Shown: piece after piece, positions 9,421-18,708 of the stretch
Layout of the letters: each line of letters opens with the position of its first letter
Position numbering within the stretch: the stretch's first letter is position 1
Origin: a virus
Taxonomy: Duplodnaviria > Caudoviricetes
Length of the DNA: 29,261 nt
Reading direction: 5' to 3' (one strand)
Virus record (IMG/VR): IMGVR_UViG_3300037484_001955
Location: 1 to 29,261 of that record
Translations under genes and position numbers: made by a program
The notes under the pieces: model-generated
What the model saw: the letters and a program-made list of their open reading frames with translations, nothing else
Told to the model about the DNA's origin: nothing
The model's database searches: none

Positions 9421-9424
9421 ATTG

Positions 9425-9468
9425 TGGATCTACTCCGCCCCCGGTCTTCGGGGGCGGCAATAGATTCA
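9425..9468 (+). terminator. GC-rich hairpin (terminator or mRNA-stabilising element)
   Basis: CCGCCCCCG-GTCTT-CGGGGGCGG (9435-57), extended by TGGATCTA/TAGATTCA. No U-tract, so termination is uncertain. Confidence 0.5.
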
Positions 9469-9490
9469 AAATTAAAAACAAAAAATCGCT

Positions 9491-10249
9491 ATGGAAAATC
9501 AAAACAAAAGATGTTTAATCGGCATGCCTTGCGCTAGTGGCTTTATCTCGGCATATGCGGTCGACGGCCTTTTCAAAATGAAAAGGCCATGTCAAGTAAG
9601 TTTATTGATTCAAGAACGGCAGGCGGTTGACATGTCAAGAAACTACCTAATAGAAATGGCCGTAAGATTAGGGGTCGATTATCTTTTTTTCATAGACGAC
9701 GACGGGGTATTACCGCCAGACGCGCTTGAAAAAATGCTTGAAGACGACAAAGATATTGTCTCCGCGCCAATGATGACAAGAAATGTCAGGGATAATGGGA
9801 AACACGCTCTTTGCTGTTTTGAGAAAGAGACATTTTACATCGGCGACCAAAAAACAATTTCAAAATATCATTCAATTTCGGGATTTGATACTTCAAAGGG
9901 ATATTTACATAAAGTCGACGCTACCGGCGGGGCATGTATGTTGATAAAAAAAGATGTTTTTGAGGCACTTTTTACTAAACACAATGGCCGCCCGTTTGAA
10001 TTTACGCACGAAATTTATCAGACAAAAGAGCATGGCGTAACACTTCGCAATATCAGTGAGGATATAACCTTTTGCGAGCGCGCGCGAGATAGCGGATTTG
10101 AAGTTTGGGTTGATACGCGGGTTCGCCCGGTCCACCTTGGCAAGCCAAAATTTGTTCGCTTTGAGCAAGAAGGGGAAGATTTGCCGGAAATTAAAGAGTT
10201 GGGAAAGGGAGTTATAACTCTATCGGAAAATTTGGGGACTAAAAAATAA
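9491..10249 (+). CDS. Glycosyltransferase, GT-A fold (GT2-like)
   Basis: LIGMP, SRN, DYLFFIDDD (DxD), GGACMLIKKDVF, SEDITFC...GFEVWVD...H motifs. Confidence 0.88.
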   Translation: MENQNKRCLIGMPCASGFISAYAVDGLFKMKRPCQVSLLIQERQAVDMSRNYLIEMAVRLGVDYLFFIDDDGVLPPDALEKMLEDDKDIVSAPMMTRNVRDNGKHALCCFEKETFYIGDQKTISKYHSISGFDTSKGYLHKVDATGGACMLIKKDVFEALFTKHNGRPFEFTHEIYQTKEHGVTLRNISEDITFCERARDSGFEVWVDTRVRPVHLGKPKFVRFEQEGEDLPEIKELGKGVITLSENLGTKK

Positions 10250-10266
10250 AAATCGCCGTTCTTAAA

Positions 10267-13200
10267 ATGAAATTTCTTTTCGACAAAGGATGGTTTAGGG
10301 AAAGGCAAAGAATTTTGCTTTGGCTTCTTAATGCTCCCTTGATTAAGATTTGGTTTCGCTATGTTTTGAGAATACGAAAATTTGATTGCCCAATTAAAAC
10401 AAAAATAACCTCCATTGCGCCAAACAATTTTAGCTTCGGCGACAGGGTTATTTTAAAAGACGGTAAATTGATTAGAGAGCGGACGACCGACTTTCGCACT
10501 CACAATAAATTCAGCAAGAGATTATATTTTGCTTTTCTCCCAATCTGGTATTTGTGCCACGCTTGGGATATTTTTATTGCCAACAATTTTAAACCGGCGT
10601 GGAATTTGGGATTTGATACTCTGACGGTTTATCCAGACGCAAGTTCTGGGGCGACGACTGTTGATGGTTACATAAATAGAATTGGCGTCGATCAAACTTG
10701 GGCTGATATTATCGCCGGGTCAGGAACAAACGTCCTTGTCACGGGTGACCTAGTTGTAAGAATTACTGCTTCGGGAACAACAAATCAATGGGCGGAATTA
10801 TATAGAAACATATTAACATTTGATACCTCTGCCCTAACCGCGGATGCAACAATTTCCGCCGCTGTTCTTTCAATTTACGGGTGGTCAAAACTGGATAATT
10901 TGAGCATTACTCCGGACTGTGATATTTATACCGCCACTCCGGCGGCCAACAACAATTTAGCGACTAGTGATTACGGACAAATTGGGACTACTTCTCAAAC
11001 CGGAAGCCCGATTACTTATGCCGGTTGGGATGACGCGGGTTATAACGCTTTTACTTTTAACGCCACGGGGCGAGGCAATGTTTCAAAAACTGGGATTTCA
11101 AAATTTGGGTGGAGAAACGCCAATTATGATGTGGCGGCCTCTCCGCCCGCTTGGACCAGCGTAGCAGTTTCAAGATTAAGCGGACGTTCAGTAGATACGG
11201 GCGGAGCGGGAGAAGACCCAAAACTCGTCATTACTTATACCACATCTCACGCCTACACAAAAGAATTGACGCAAAGTTTAAAAGTCATGCCGGTTTTGTC
11301 AAGACAAACGCAAAAAACACTATCTCAAATTTTAAAAGTTATTCCGGCCATAACAAGGTCAATGACACGGACGCTTTCTCAATTTTTGAGGGTCGTCCCG
11401 ACTTATGCCCGCGTGGCAACAAGATTAAGAACATACACGCAGGCATTAAAAGTTTTTGGCGCGAAAACAATATCAATGTCAAGAACATTGAGCCAATTTG
11501 TGAGAATTGTGCCGTCTATAAAAAGAGATATTTCAAGAGCAATAACGGCGGTCATAAAAGTCGTCAGCAGTAAAATTTATAGTTTTGGGCGCACAATTTC
11601 GTCTCCCGTAAAATTAGCTTCATCAATTATTTTTTCTACCAGCAGGACATTGTCGGAAGTTATAAAAGTCATCTCGACGAGCATAAAAGACACTACGAGG
11701 GTTTTGGGGGAAATTATCAGTGTGGTTGATCAATCAATAAACACAATTTTTGTAAAGATATTCTCGGAGGTTGTGGTAATTTATCACGCGATAGAATTTC
11801 AAACTTCGAGGACATTGTCGGAAGTTATAAAAGTATCAGGTGCGCTTGCGTCTTTTGTCGTGGATAAAGTTTTAATTGAAAGTGTGGCGATTTTGTCTTC
11901 AATTTTTTTCGCGACGACGCGCACGCTTTTAGAGGCAATAATTGTCGTCTCCGAGGTTTTTTCAGATATTTCACGAGCGTTGAGGGAGACGATAAAAGTA
12001 TCTTCATTGTCGGCATTTTTTCAGATAAAAGGATTGTGCGAGCAGTTAATTATAATTCCGGCATATACCCGCGTTAAAAATGTTCATAGAACTTATAGCG
12101 AAATTGTTAATGTTTTGGATGTCCGGGCATTTCAGCCGATAAAAGTTTTCACTCAAAGAATTGTCGTCGCGCCGATCGCGGCCACTTTTCAAACGGCTAA
12201 AACTTTTGTCGATAGGATTATTCTTTCGGACACACTGTCGTTTATACACGGATTCTATCATGAGCTTTCCGAGGCGTTTTCTGTCGCGAGCCAGATGACT
12301 TTAAAGGGGATTAAAATTTTTGTGGAAGTTGTAAAAATTTCCTTCTCTTTTGTTCTCCAAACTGCGCGAGAATTTTCCGAGGTTATTGTCGCCGGAGCCA
12401 ACGCCTTAACTCAATGGGGCGTAGTTAAATATGAATCGCTTGTCGCCGCCTCTTCTTTCGTGATCGACACGATTTCAAAATTATTAATAGAGACGGTTAA
12501 GATCGTCGGTCAAACATTAAAAACTCTGCCTTCCGTGGCATATGCGGAAGTTTTGGCCGTTTCGGACGCCTTTTTGCGAAGTATCGGAAAGTTGCTGATT
12601 GAAGTTTTAAATATAATTGAAGCCACGGCGACAAAAGCGGCGACGAGAATTTTTACGGAAGTATTAAGAGTATTCGGCGCCAATTCTTTTATTCATGGAT
12701 TTTATAAAACATTGACGGATTCTTTGAAGTTGGACTACGCGGAAATGAAATTTACAGAACGACGACCAACCGGTCTTAATGAAAATAAAAACTGGTATGC
12801 CTGCGCTACGAGTTCCGACGGGTCAAAACTTATTGTGTCTTTTTCGTCTGGCAGAATTTACACCTCCAGCGATTATGGCGTTTCGTGGACGGAACGACGG
12901 CCGACCGGAGTTAGTGAAAATAAAGTATGGAATGGCGTGGCAAGTGATTATACGGGCCAATATTTATTGGTCTGCGCTTTTAATGGACGAGTTTACAGGT
13001 CAATCAATTACGGAGTGGACTGGACAGAGACACAACCAAAAGGGAATTTTAATAACACGTGGTATAACGCGGCGGTAAGTGGAGATGGTAAGTATATGCT
13101 GGTATCGTCATTTAATGTCGGGGGACGTTTATACACCTCCAGCGATTATGGCGTTTCGTGGACGGAACGACGGCCGGAAGGGGACGTTGATAAAATGTGG

Positions 13201-14568
13201 GACTGTCTCTCTGCGGATGCGGACGGGTCTTTTATGGTAGCGGCTATTTATAACGGAAAAATTTATAAATCTGAAAATTATGGCGTTGATTGGATAGAGA
13301 TTTTAGCAACTGGACCGTGGTATGGAATAGCTATCGATACTAACGGGTCAAATCTTATAGCCAGTGCGTATGGCAGCCGTCTTTGGACTTCTGCCGATTA
13401 TGGCGTTTCGTGGACGGAACGACGGCCGACCGGAGAAGACGCAAATAAAAATTGGTATCCGGTAGCGTCTGATTTTGATGGTTCGCATTTATTGGCCGGA
13501 ATATCCGGCAGTAGTGGAGTGGGAAGAAGATTATATTTTTCAAGAAATTATGGCGTTGATTGGATAGAGATCAGGCCGGCGGGAGATGTTGACGTAAAAT
13601 GGCAAGCTACGGCATTAAACGGAGACGGATCGCGCATGCTTGTAATAGTTAGCGGCGGCAGGGTTTATGTTTCAGATATTTCGCATTTCTTTGCCACGGC
13701 GACAAAAAACTTGATTGAAAATATCATTGCGGCGGCCACCTTTACCCTAACTATACCAGCGAAGATATTTTACGAAACGGTCGCGGTAGTTTCAGAGTTT
13801 TTGAAAGAGTGGACATTGAGCAGAGTTTACGAAGAAGTTTTGAGCGTCATCAGTTCGACGTGGACTGAAACGACAAGGATATTTACGGAAGTTTTGAATG
13901 TCGTCGGCTCTTTCGTTCTCGGGACAATTTCAAAGTTATTGACGGAAACAATAAAAATTTACGAAACATTGACGCGAGTTTTACCGTCAAAAGTTTATGA
14001 GGAAGTAGTGCGTGTTTTTGACAAAATAGAAAATCAAGCGGCTCGGATACTTAATGAAGTGATTGTCGTCGGCACGGAATTTATACTGGGGACGATCAGC
14101 AAAGTTTTAGTTGAAAGCATAAAAACAATACAGGGCTTTTTGACGGGTGGCGTTTTTTACAAAGAATTATCAGAAGTGATCTCGGTTGTTGGCAACGTTC
14201 TTAATCAAGGAGTAAAAATTTTCACCGAGACACTTAATATCATCGGAACATTTGTTTTGGGGACAATTTCAAAACTCTTAAAAGAAACAATCAAAATATC
14301 TAGTGCTACAACGCGCGCAATAACTCGGACAATCTCTGCCGTCTTGAAAGTTGGGGGAAATGTTTATAAAGCACCGACAAGAGTATTTACGCTTGTTATC
14401 CGGGTCGTGCCGACGATGTTAAGAACTTCGGGAAAATTACTGCTTGAAAATATAGTTATCGGTTGGGCGAAAATCAAATTGGTTTTAAATGGCACGGCGG
14501 TTGGTTTATGGAAAAAAATTGCGAGGGTTACGAACGGAGTTTGGAAAAAAATAAGTCGTAATGATTAA
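10267..14568 (+). CDS. Large fibre/adhesin-like virion protein: DNRLRE-like domain, ~40 repeats of 18-20 aa, inserted 7-bladed Asp-box beta-propeller
   Basis: YRNILTFDTSAL...ISAAVLSIY (DNRLRE-like); (R/K)x(L/F)xE-x-(I/L/V)-x-V repeats; six S-x-(D/N)-Y-G-V-(S/D)-W boxes. Confidence 0.75.
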   Translation: MKFLFDKGWFRERQRILLWLLNAPLIKIWFRYVLRIRKFDCPIKTKITSIAPNNFSFGDRVILKDGKLIRERTTDFRTHNKFSKRLYFAFLPIWYLCHAWDIFIANNFKPAWNLGFDTLTVYPDASSGATTVDGYINRIGVDQTWADIIAGSGTNVLVTGDLVVRITASGTTNQWAELYRNILTFDTSALTADATISAAVLSIYGWSKLDNLSITPDCDIYTATPAANNNLATSDYGQIGTTSQTGSPITYAGWDDAGYNAFTFNATGRGNVSKTGISKFGWRNANYDVAASPPAWTSVAVSRLSGRSVDTGGAGEDPKLVITYTTSHAYTKELTQSLKVMPVLSRQTQKTLSQILKVIPAITRSMTRTLSQFLRVVPTYARVATRLRTYTQALKVFGAKTISMSRTLSQFVRIVPSIKRDISRAITAVIKVVSSKIYSFGRTISSPVKLASSIIFSTSRTLSEVIKVISTSIKDTTRVLGEIISVVDQSINTIFVKIFSEVVVIYHAIEFQTSRTLSEVIKVSGALASFVVDKVLIESVAILSSIFFATTRTLLEAIIVVSEVFSDISRALRETIKVSSLSAFFQIKGLCEQLIIIPAYTRVKNVHRTYSEIVNVLDVRAFQPIKVFTQRIVVAPIAATFQTAKTFVDRIILSDTLSFIHGFYHELSEAFSVASQMTLKGIKIFVEVVKISFSFVLQTAREFSEVIVAGANALTQWGVVKYESLVAASSFVIDTISKLLIETVKIVGQTLKTLPSVAYAEVLAVSDAFLRSIGKLLIEVLNIIEATATKAATRIFTEVLRVFGANSFIHGFYKTLTDSLKLDYAEMKFTERRPTGLNENKNWYACATSSDGSKLIVSFSSGRIYTSSDYGVSWTERRPTGVSENKVWNGVASDYTGQYLLVCAFNGRVYRSINYGVDWTETQPKGNFNNTWYNAAVSGDGKYMLVSSFNVGGRLYTSSDYGVSWTERRPEGDVDKMWDCLSADADGSFMVAAIYNGKIYKSENYGVDWIEILATGPWYGIAIDTNGSNLIASAYGSRLWTSADYGVSWTERRPTGEDANKNWYPVASDFDGSHLLAGISGSSGVGRRLYFSRNYGVDWIEIRPAGDVDVKWQATALNGDGSRMLVIVSGGRVYVSDISHFFATATKNLIENIIAAATFTLTIPAKIFYETVAVVSEFLKEWTLSRVYEEVLSVISSTWTETTRIFTEVLNVVGSFVLGTISKLLTETIKIYETLTRVLPSKVYEEVVRVFDKIENQAARILNEVIVVGTEFILGTISKVLVESIKTIQGFLTGGVFYKELSEVISVVGNVLNQGVKIFTETLNIIGTFVLGTISKLLKETIKISSATTRAITRTISAVLKVGGNVYKAPTRVFTLVIRVVPTMLRTSGKLLLENIVIGWAKIKLVLNGTAVGLWKKIARVTNGVWKKISRND
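12859..13435 (+). repeat. Exact in-frame DNA repeats between propeller blades
   Basis: 12859-12903 = 13132-13176 (45 bp); 12870-12910 = 13395-13435 (41 bp). Confidence 0.9.
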
Positions 14569-14869
14569 ATTTATGGAAGGTTTAATAACTTGGGAAAATG
14601 TGACATTCCTTATTGCCTTGGGCGGAGTTGCCTTTGGAATCTATCATTTTTTTCGTAATCCCGATGTTAATGCCGACAAACGTATTTGTCTTTTGGAAGG
14701 AATGGTTAAATTTGAAAGGGAAAGAAATAATGAACTCTTTGAAGCACAAAAAAATCATCTTCACACTCTTCAGGTTGGGCAAGACGCCATAAGCCAAAAC
14801 ATCCAAAGTTTATGTGTCCAGATAGCAAAATTAAATACAATAATAGACGAGAGAATACCAAAAAAATAG
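14561..14869 (+). CDS. Membrane-anchored coiled-coil protein
   Basis: One N-terminal TM helix (FLIALGGVAFGIYHFF) followed by a heptad-like region. Confidence 0.75.
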   Translation: MIKFMEGLITWENVTFLIALGGVAFGIYHFFRNPDVNADKRICLLEGMVKFERERNNELFEAQKNHLHTLQVGQDAISQNIQSLCVQIAKLNTIIDERIPKK

Positions 14870-14870
14870 T

Positions 14871-16511
14871 ATGCCACAAATAATTATCAAGGACATAAAT
14901 TTAGGCGGACTTTCAGAAAGTATTTATCAGGGAGCGGCAAATAGTGTCGCCGCGGCTGTTGGCTTGGATTTAAACAGCGAGCCGGGGCTTATCAAAGTTA
15001 ATCAGAAATTGACGCGGGAAAGCAGTATTTATATTGACGACCTTGTTAAGTGTATTTTGCCTTGCTCGGATGGAAATACTTATATTTTCGGATCTACAAA
15101 TGGGAAAATTTGGAAGAGAACATCGGCAGGGGTTTATTCTCTTGAAGCCACTGCGGCCCCGGCGGCCGGTGCGGTTGGAATTTTAGAGGCCTACGAATAT
15201 CAGGGCTATATTTACTACGCCATGCAGTCGCGTTTAGGCCGTGTAGCGGTTGGCGCGCCGACTGATTGGAGCGGACGAAATGACAGCTGGGCTACTTTCA
15301 CAAACACCGACGCGGATTTTCACCCGATGAAAGAAGTCAATCAGGTTTTATACATCGGCGACAAAAACTATGTGGCGCAAGTTGACGCTGGCGTATTCAG
15401 TGCTGATGCCCTTGATATTAAAACACCATTACGAATAAAGTCGTTAGGAAAATTAAGCACAGATTTACTGGTTGGGACTTTCGTCAATGTTTATCGTGTT
15501 TTGACGGAGATTTTTAGGTGGAATACTTGGTCGACCGACAGTTATCAAGCGTCTGATGAAATACCGGAAGTCGGGATAAATTCATTTCTTCAAGGAGATA
15601 ATTCAGTTTTGGCTTCGTGCGGAAGAAAAGGAAATATTTATTATTACAATGGTTCTGTTTTAGAACAATATCGGCAAATCCCCGGCGATTGGCTCGGATC
15701 AAAAGAGGCGACAATTCACCCTAACGCTTCGGTTAATAAAAATGGCGTGCCGATGTTTTGTCTTTCAAATGTTAGCGGCAATCCGGCAAAGCAAGGTTTG
15801 TATAGTTTCTTGGGATTAAGGATTTTAAACTTGGAAAATTTAATATCCACGGGAAGATATTCCAATCAAGACATCGGCGCGGCGGAATTGGTCGGGACTG
15901 ATTTATTCTTGGCGTGGAAAGAACAAAGCACAATCACGATGACAATCGCCAATCCTTGTGTCGTAACTTTCACGGCGCACGGATTAAGCAATGGTGATCC
16001 AATCTCCTTTGCCACGACCGGCGCATTGCCAACGGGAATTGTGGCCGGGACTATTTATTACGCGCGTTCTGTCACGGCGGACACCCTAAATTTATATGAT
16101 ACGGCCGCGCATGCCATTGCCGGTGGCGCGACTGGCAGAGTAACGACGACAGGGACACAATCAGGGACACATACTTCGACAATTTATGGCATTGATATTT
16201 TGGACACTACGGCCAAAGTGGCCAGCGCCTATTTTGAAACGCGCGTCATTACGGTCGAGCGGGACAAACAAGAAACGATATCGGGGTTTGTCGGATATCG
16301 CAGTTTGCCGACCGGAACATCGATTAAAATTTGGTATAAAAATAATCATGCTACGGATTATCTCGAAGCGACGACGGTCGTTGATACGGATAGAAAAATA
16401 GTTTTTACAAAAGAGAGTTTTCCACCCGCGAATACTTATCAATTCAAGATTGAATTAGTAGCAAGTGGAAATGACGCACCGGAAGTTGAGAGCACGCAGT
16501 TCGATTTATAA
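14871..16511 (+). CDS. Putative tail nozzle/stabilisation protein (beta-propeller) with an inserted FCCH-like beta domain
   Basis: Starts IKDINLGGL as nozzle proteins do; beta-repeat composition; insert ANPCVVTFTAHGLSNGDPISF...GTIYY. Confidence 0.6.
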   Translation: MPQIIIKDINLGGLSESIYQGAANSVAAAVGLDLNSEPGLIKVNQKLTRESSIYIDDLVKCILPCSDGNTYIFGSTNGKIWKRTSAGVYSLEATAAPAAGAVGILEAYEYQGYIYYAMQSRLGRVAVGAPTDWSGRNDSWATFTNTDADFHPMKEVNQVLYIGDKNYVAQVDAGVFSADALDIKTPLRIKSLGKLSTDLLVGTFVNVYRVLTEIFRWNTWSTDSYQASDEIPEVGINSFLQGDNSVLASCGRKGNIYYYNGSVLEQYRQIPGDWLGSKEATIHPNASVNKNGVPMFCLSNVSGNPAKQGLYSFLGLRILNLENLISTGRYSNQDIGAAELVGTDLFLAWKEQSTITMTIANPCVVTFTAHGLSNGDPISFATTGALPTGIVAGTIYYARSVTADTLNLYDTAAHAIAGGATGRVTTTGTQSGTHTSTIYGIDILDTTAKVASAYFETRVITVERDKQETISGFVGYRSLPTGTSIKIWYKNNHATDYLEATTVVDTDRKIVFTKESFPPANTYQFKIELVASGNDAPEVESTQFDL

Positions 16512-16518
16512 AGTTAAT

Positions 16519-16544
16519 TTTGTAGAAATCGCCACTCTACAAAT
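16519..16544 (+). promoter_or_regulatory. Start-codon-abutting hairpin with AATCGCCAC loop (copy 2)
   Basis: TTTGTAGA-AATCGCCAC-TCTACAAA-T then ATG 16545. Confidence 0.6.
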
Positions 16545-18434
16545 ATGCCGGTTTATGCCTCCGACCTACAACCATTTACAAATATCGAAATTAAAGAAAT
16601 TCCCACCGTTTCGGGCGGAGACGCCCAAAATTACGGCGAATTATTTTTAAGGCAGGTAAAATCGATAAATATTGGAGAAGGGACTTTATGTTTCCGAGCC
16701 GACAAAAGTGGTATTTGGCTGGGGGCAAAATTGTTTGCTGACGCTATTTTCAGCGTAAGCATGGCCGGTGCGGTTACGGCTTCCTCTTTGACATTGATTG
16801 GTGGAATATTCAAATACGGAAAAACATCGTTCACTGACAGCACGCATGATGGTTACTATATTTCAAATGAAGGTTTATATTTTGGCTCGGCTGGTGATGT
16901 AACAAAATATAAATTTATCATCGCCACAGGAGAGCAAGATTATGTTGGAAATGTTTCGGGAAGGGCTACATCGATATTGGCTTCCGCCATTGATTCAGTC
17001 GGGCATTTCGCCGACGCGAATTTTAACACTTCGGCAAAAACTGTCTTGGCAGATTTTAACTTCGGGTCGGTTGATTATGCCGGGGCTTTAAAAACTGGTG
17101 ATATTACTTGGAATGTAACGACTGGTGTCATAACTGGCGGATCGGGTGTGGCGGCGTATAGAAAGGGAATTGTCGCCGCGAATGATGGAGTATTGACATT
17201 TTCTCTTTCGGCAGTTGACGGAAGCGCCTATTTTTTGGGGGAAGTGTGCGGGACTGCCGGTTATTTTGGCAACGCCACAAACGGCGTTTCTATTACTTCA
17301 ACGGGATTATTGATTGTCGGGACTGGAATAATCGGAACCGGCGCAACCGGCGCGCGACTTGTGATAATGAAAACTCTCTCCGGCGGATATACTCACGGCC
17401 TCGAATTATACAATGCGACTGTCATGGTGGCCCGGCTTCAATCGTCGGGTTCTCCGACTTTTAATCTTTGGGGGACTGGCAGTTATGGCTGTGCGGCCTT
17501 TTTAAACGAAAGCTCTACGTGTGATCAGGACACTCATCAATTATCGGCAAAGGGACTACAAAACGCTCTTTACATTATAACTGACGGCTCGGCGGCGAGA
17601 AGTGGAAAGGCAGGGTTGCTTATTCAGCATAACTCCGCTTACGGCTACGCCGTCTATACAAAAATCGGGGCCAATGCGACCGAGGCGCCGTTTCGCGTTG
17701 AGGCGAACAGCCAAAAAGGCGCGAATATTTGGGAATTTAAGGACGACGATAGAACTGGCACTCACCCCGCAAGAATCACAAACGAATATTATCTGGAATT
17801 TCCCGCCTATTATCATTACTCTGAATTTGATGAAAACATTGCCAGTGATACCGTTCTCGCTTCGACCGTGATTGCGAATGCCTTTTGGACAGGAAGTGGA
17901 GCGGGGACACAAACATTGATGGTTGGAAGTGTCAGAGATGTAAATAGTTATATTGCCATTTCGACTGGCTCGACTGGCAGTCAAACATCACAAATTATTT
18001 TCGGACGCTACATAGGATTTAATCAGCCGACCATTGAAATACGATTTTTAGTAAATAATTTGACGAATGCGGTTTATCGATTGGGTTTTTACTACGACGC
18101 TACTCATTATTGCTACTTCGAGTTTGATTCTGCCGTTGACGCTTCAAAATTGTATCTTAATACAAATAACGGATCGGGGAGCGCGAGCGTTGATACGGGC
18201 ATAACTCTATCGGCGAATAACTGGTATACCGTCCGCATAGCACTCCATGACGCCACTCACGCTCTTTGTTGGTATGAAGACGCGGCTAAAACTGGGGCGA
18301 CACAATACGTCCCAGTTACGGTGGAAAAACCCTACATATTCGCAAGCAATAAAACAGCGGACGAGGATAAAATAATTTATGTCGATTATGTGAAAGTTTG
18401 GAGCGGCCGAGACGACACAAGCGCAGTTTCATAA
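16545..18434 (+). CDS. Tail spike/fibre with a C-terminal lectin-like (ConA-type) domain
   Basis: G/S/T-rich beta shaft; C-terminal NNWYTVRIAL...IYVDYVKVW pattern. Confidence 0.65.
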   Translation: MPVYASDLQPFTNIEIKEIPTVSGGDAQNYGELFLRQVKSINIGEGTLCFRADKSGIWLGAKLFADAIFSVSMAGAVTASSLTLIGGIFKYGKTSFTDSTHDGYYISNEGLYFGSAGDVTKYKFIIATGEQDYVGNVSGRATSILASAIDSVGHFADANFNTSAKTVLADFNFGSVDYAGALKTGDITWNVTTGVITGGSGVAAYRKGIVAANDGVLTFSLSAVDGSAYFLGEVCGTAGYFGNATNGVSITSTGLLIVGTGIIGTGATGARLVIMKTLSGGYTHGLELYNATVMVARLQSSGSPTFNLWGTGSYGCAAFLNESSTCDQDTHQLSAKGLQNALYIITDGSAARSGKAGLLIQHNSAYGYAVYTKIGANATEAPFRVEANSQKGANIWEFKDDDRTGTHPARITNEYYLEFPAYYHYSEFDENIASDTVLASTVIANAFWTGSGAGTQTLMVGSVRDVNSYIAISTGSTGSQTSQIIFGRYIGFNQPTIEIRFLVNNLTNAVYRLGFYYDATHYCYFEFDSAVDASKLYLNTNNGSGSASVDTGITLSANNWYTVRIALHDATHALCWYEDAAKTGATQYVPVTVEKPYIFASNKTADEDKIIYVDYVKVWSGRDDTSAVS

Positions 18435-18459
18435 TTTAGTTAAATATTAAATAAAAAGT

Positions 18460-18699
18460 ATGGAAAACGCAAACAACATCAAAGACGACGCAAACAAAAG
18501 AGACAAATTTATTAAAAGAGTAACTGAATACATGGCGGAGAATGACAAGGTATTGAAGAAATTTAAAATAAAACCGCAACCTTCAATTTCTTTTCCTTTT
18601 CATCGCCACCTTCCAATTTTAAGCAGAATTTGCCTTTGGATTGTAAGAAAGCAAGGCGGTATTCTTGATACTCAATTTAAAGATGATACTAAAAAATAA
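18460..18699 (+). CDS. Hypothetical basic protein
   Basis: 79-aa co-oriented ORF with an A-rich leader. Confidence 0.7.
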   Translation: MENANNIKDDANKRDKFIKRVTEYMAENDKVLKKFKIKPQPSISFPFHRHLPILSRICLWIVRKQGGILDTQFKDDTKK

Positions 18700-18708
18700 A
18701 ATAAAAAT

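Noticed and set aside
12859-13435. CRISPR array or DGR template/variable repeat
   Set aside because: Repeats are in-frame parts of propeller blades over 200 bp apart and are exact rather than adenine-mismatched; no reverse transcriptase or cas gene is in the window.
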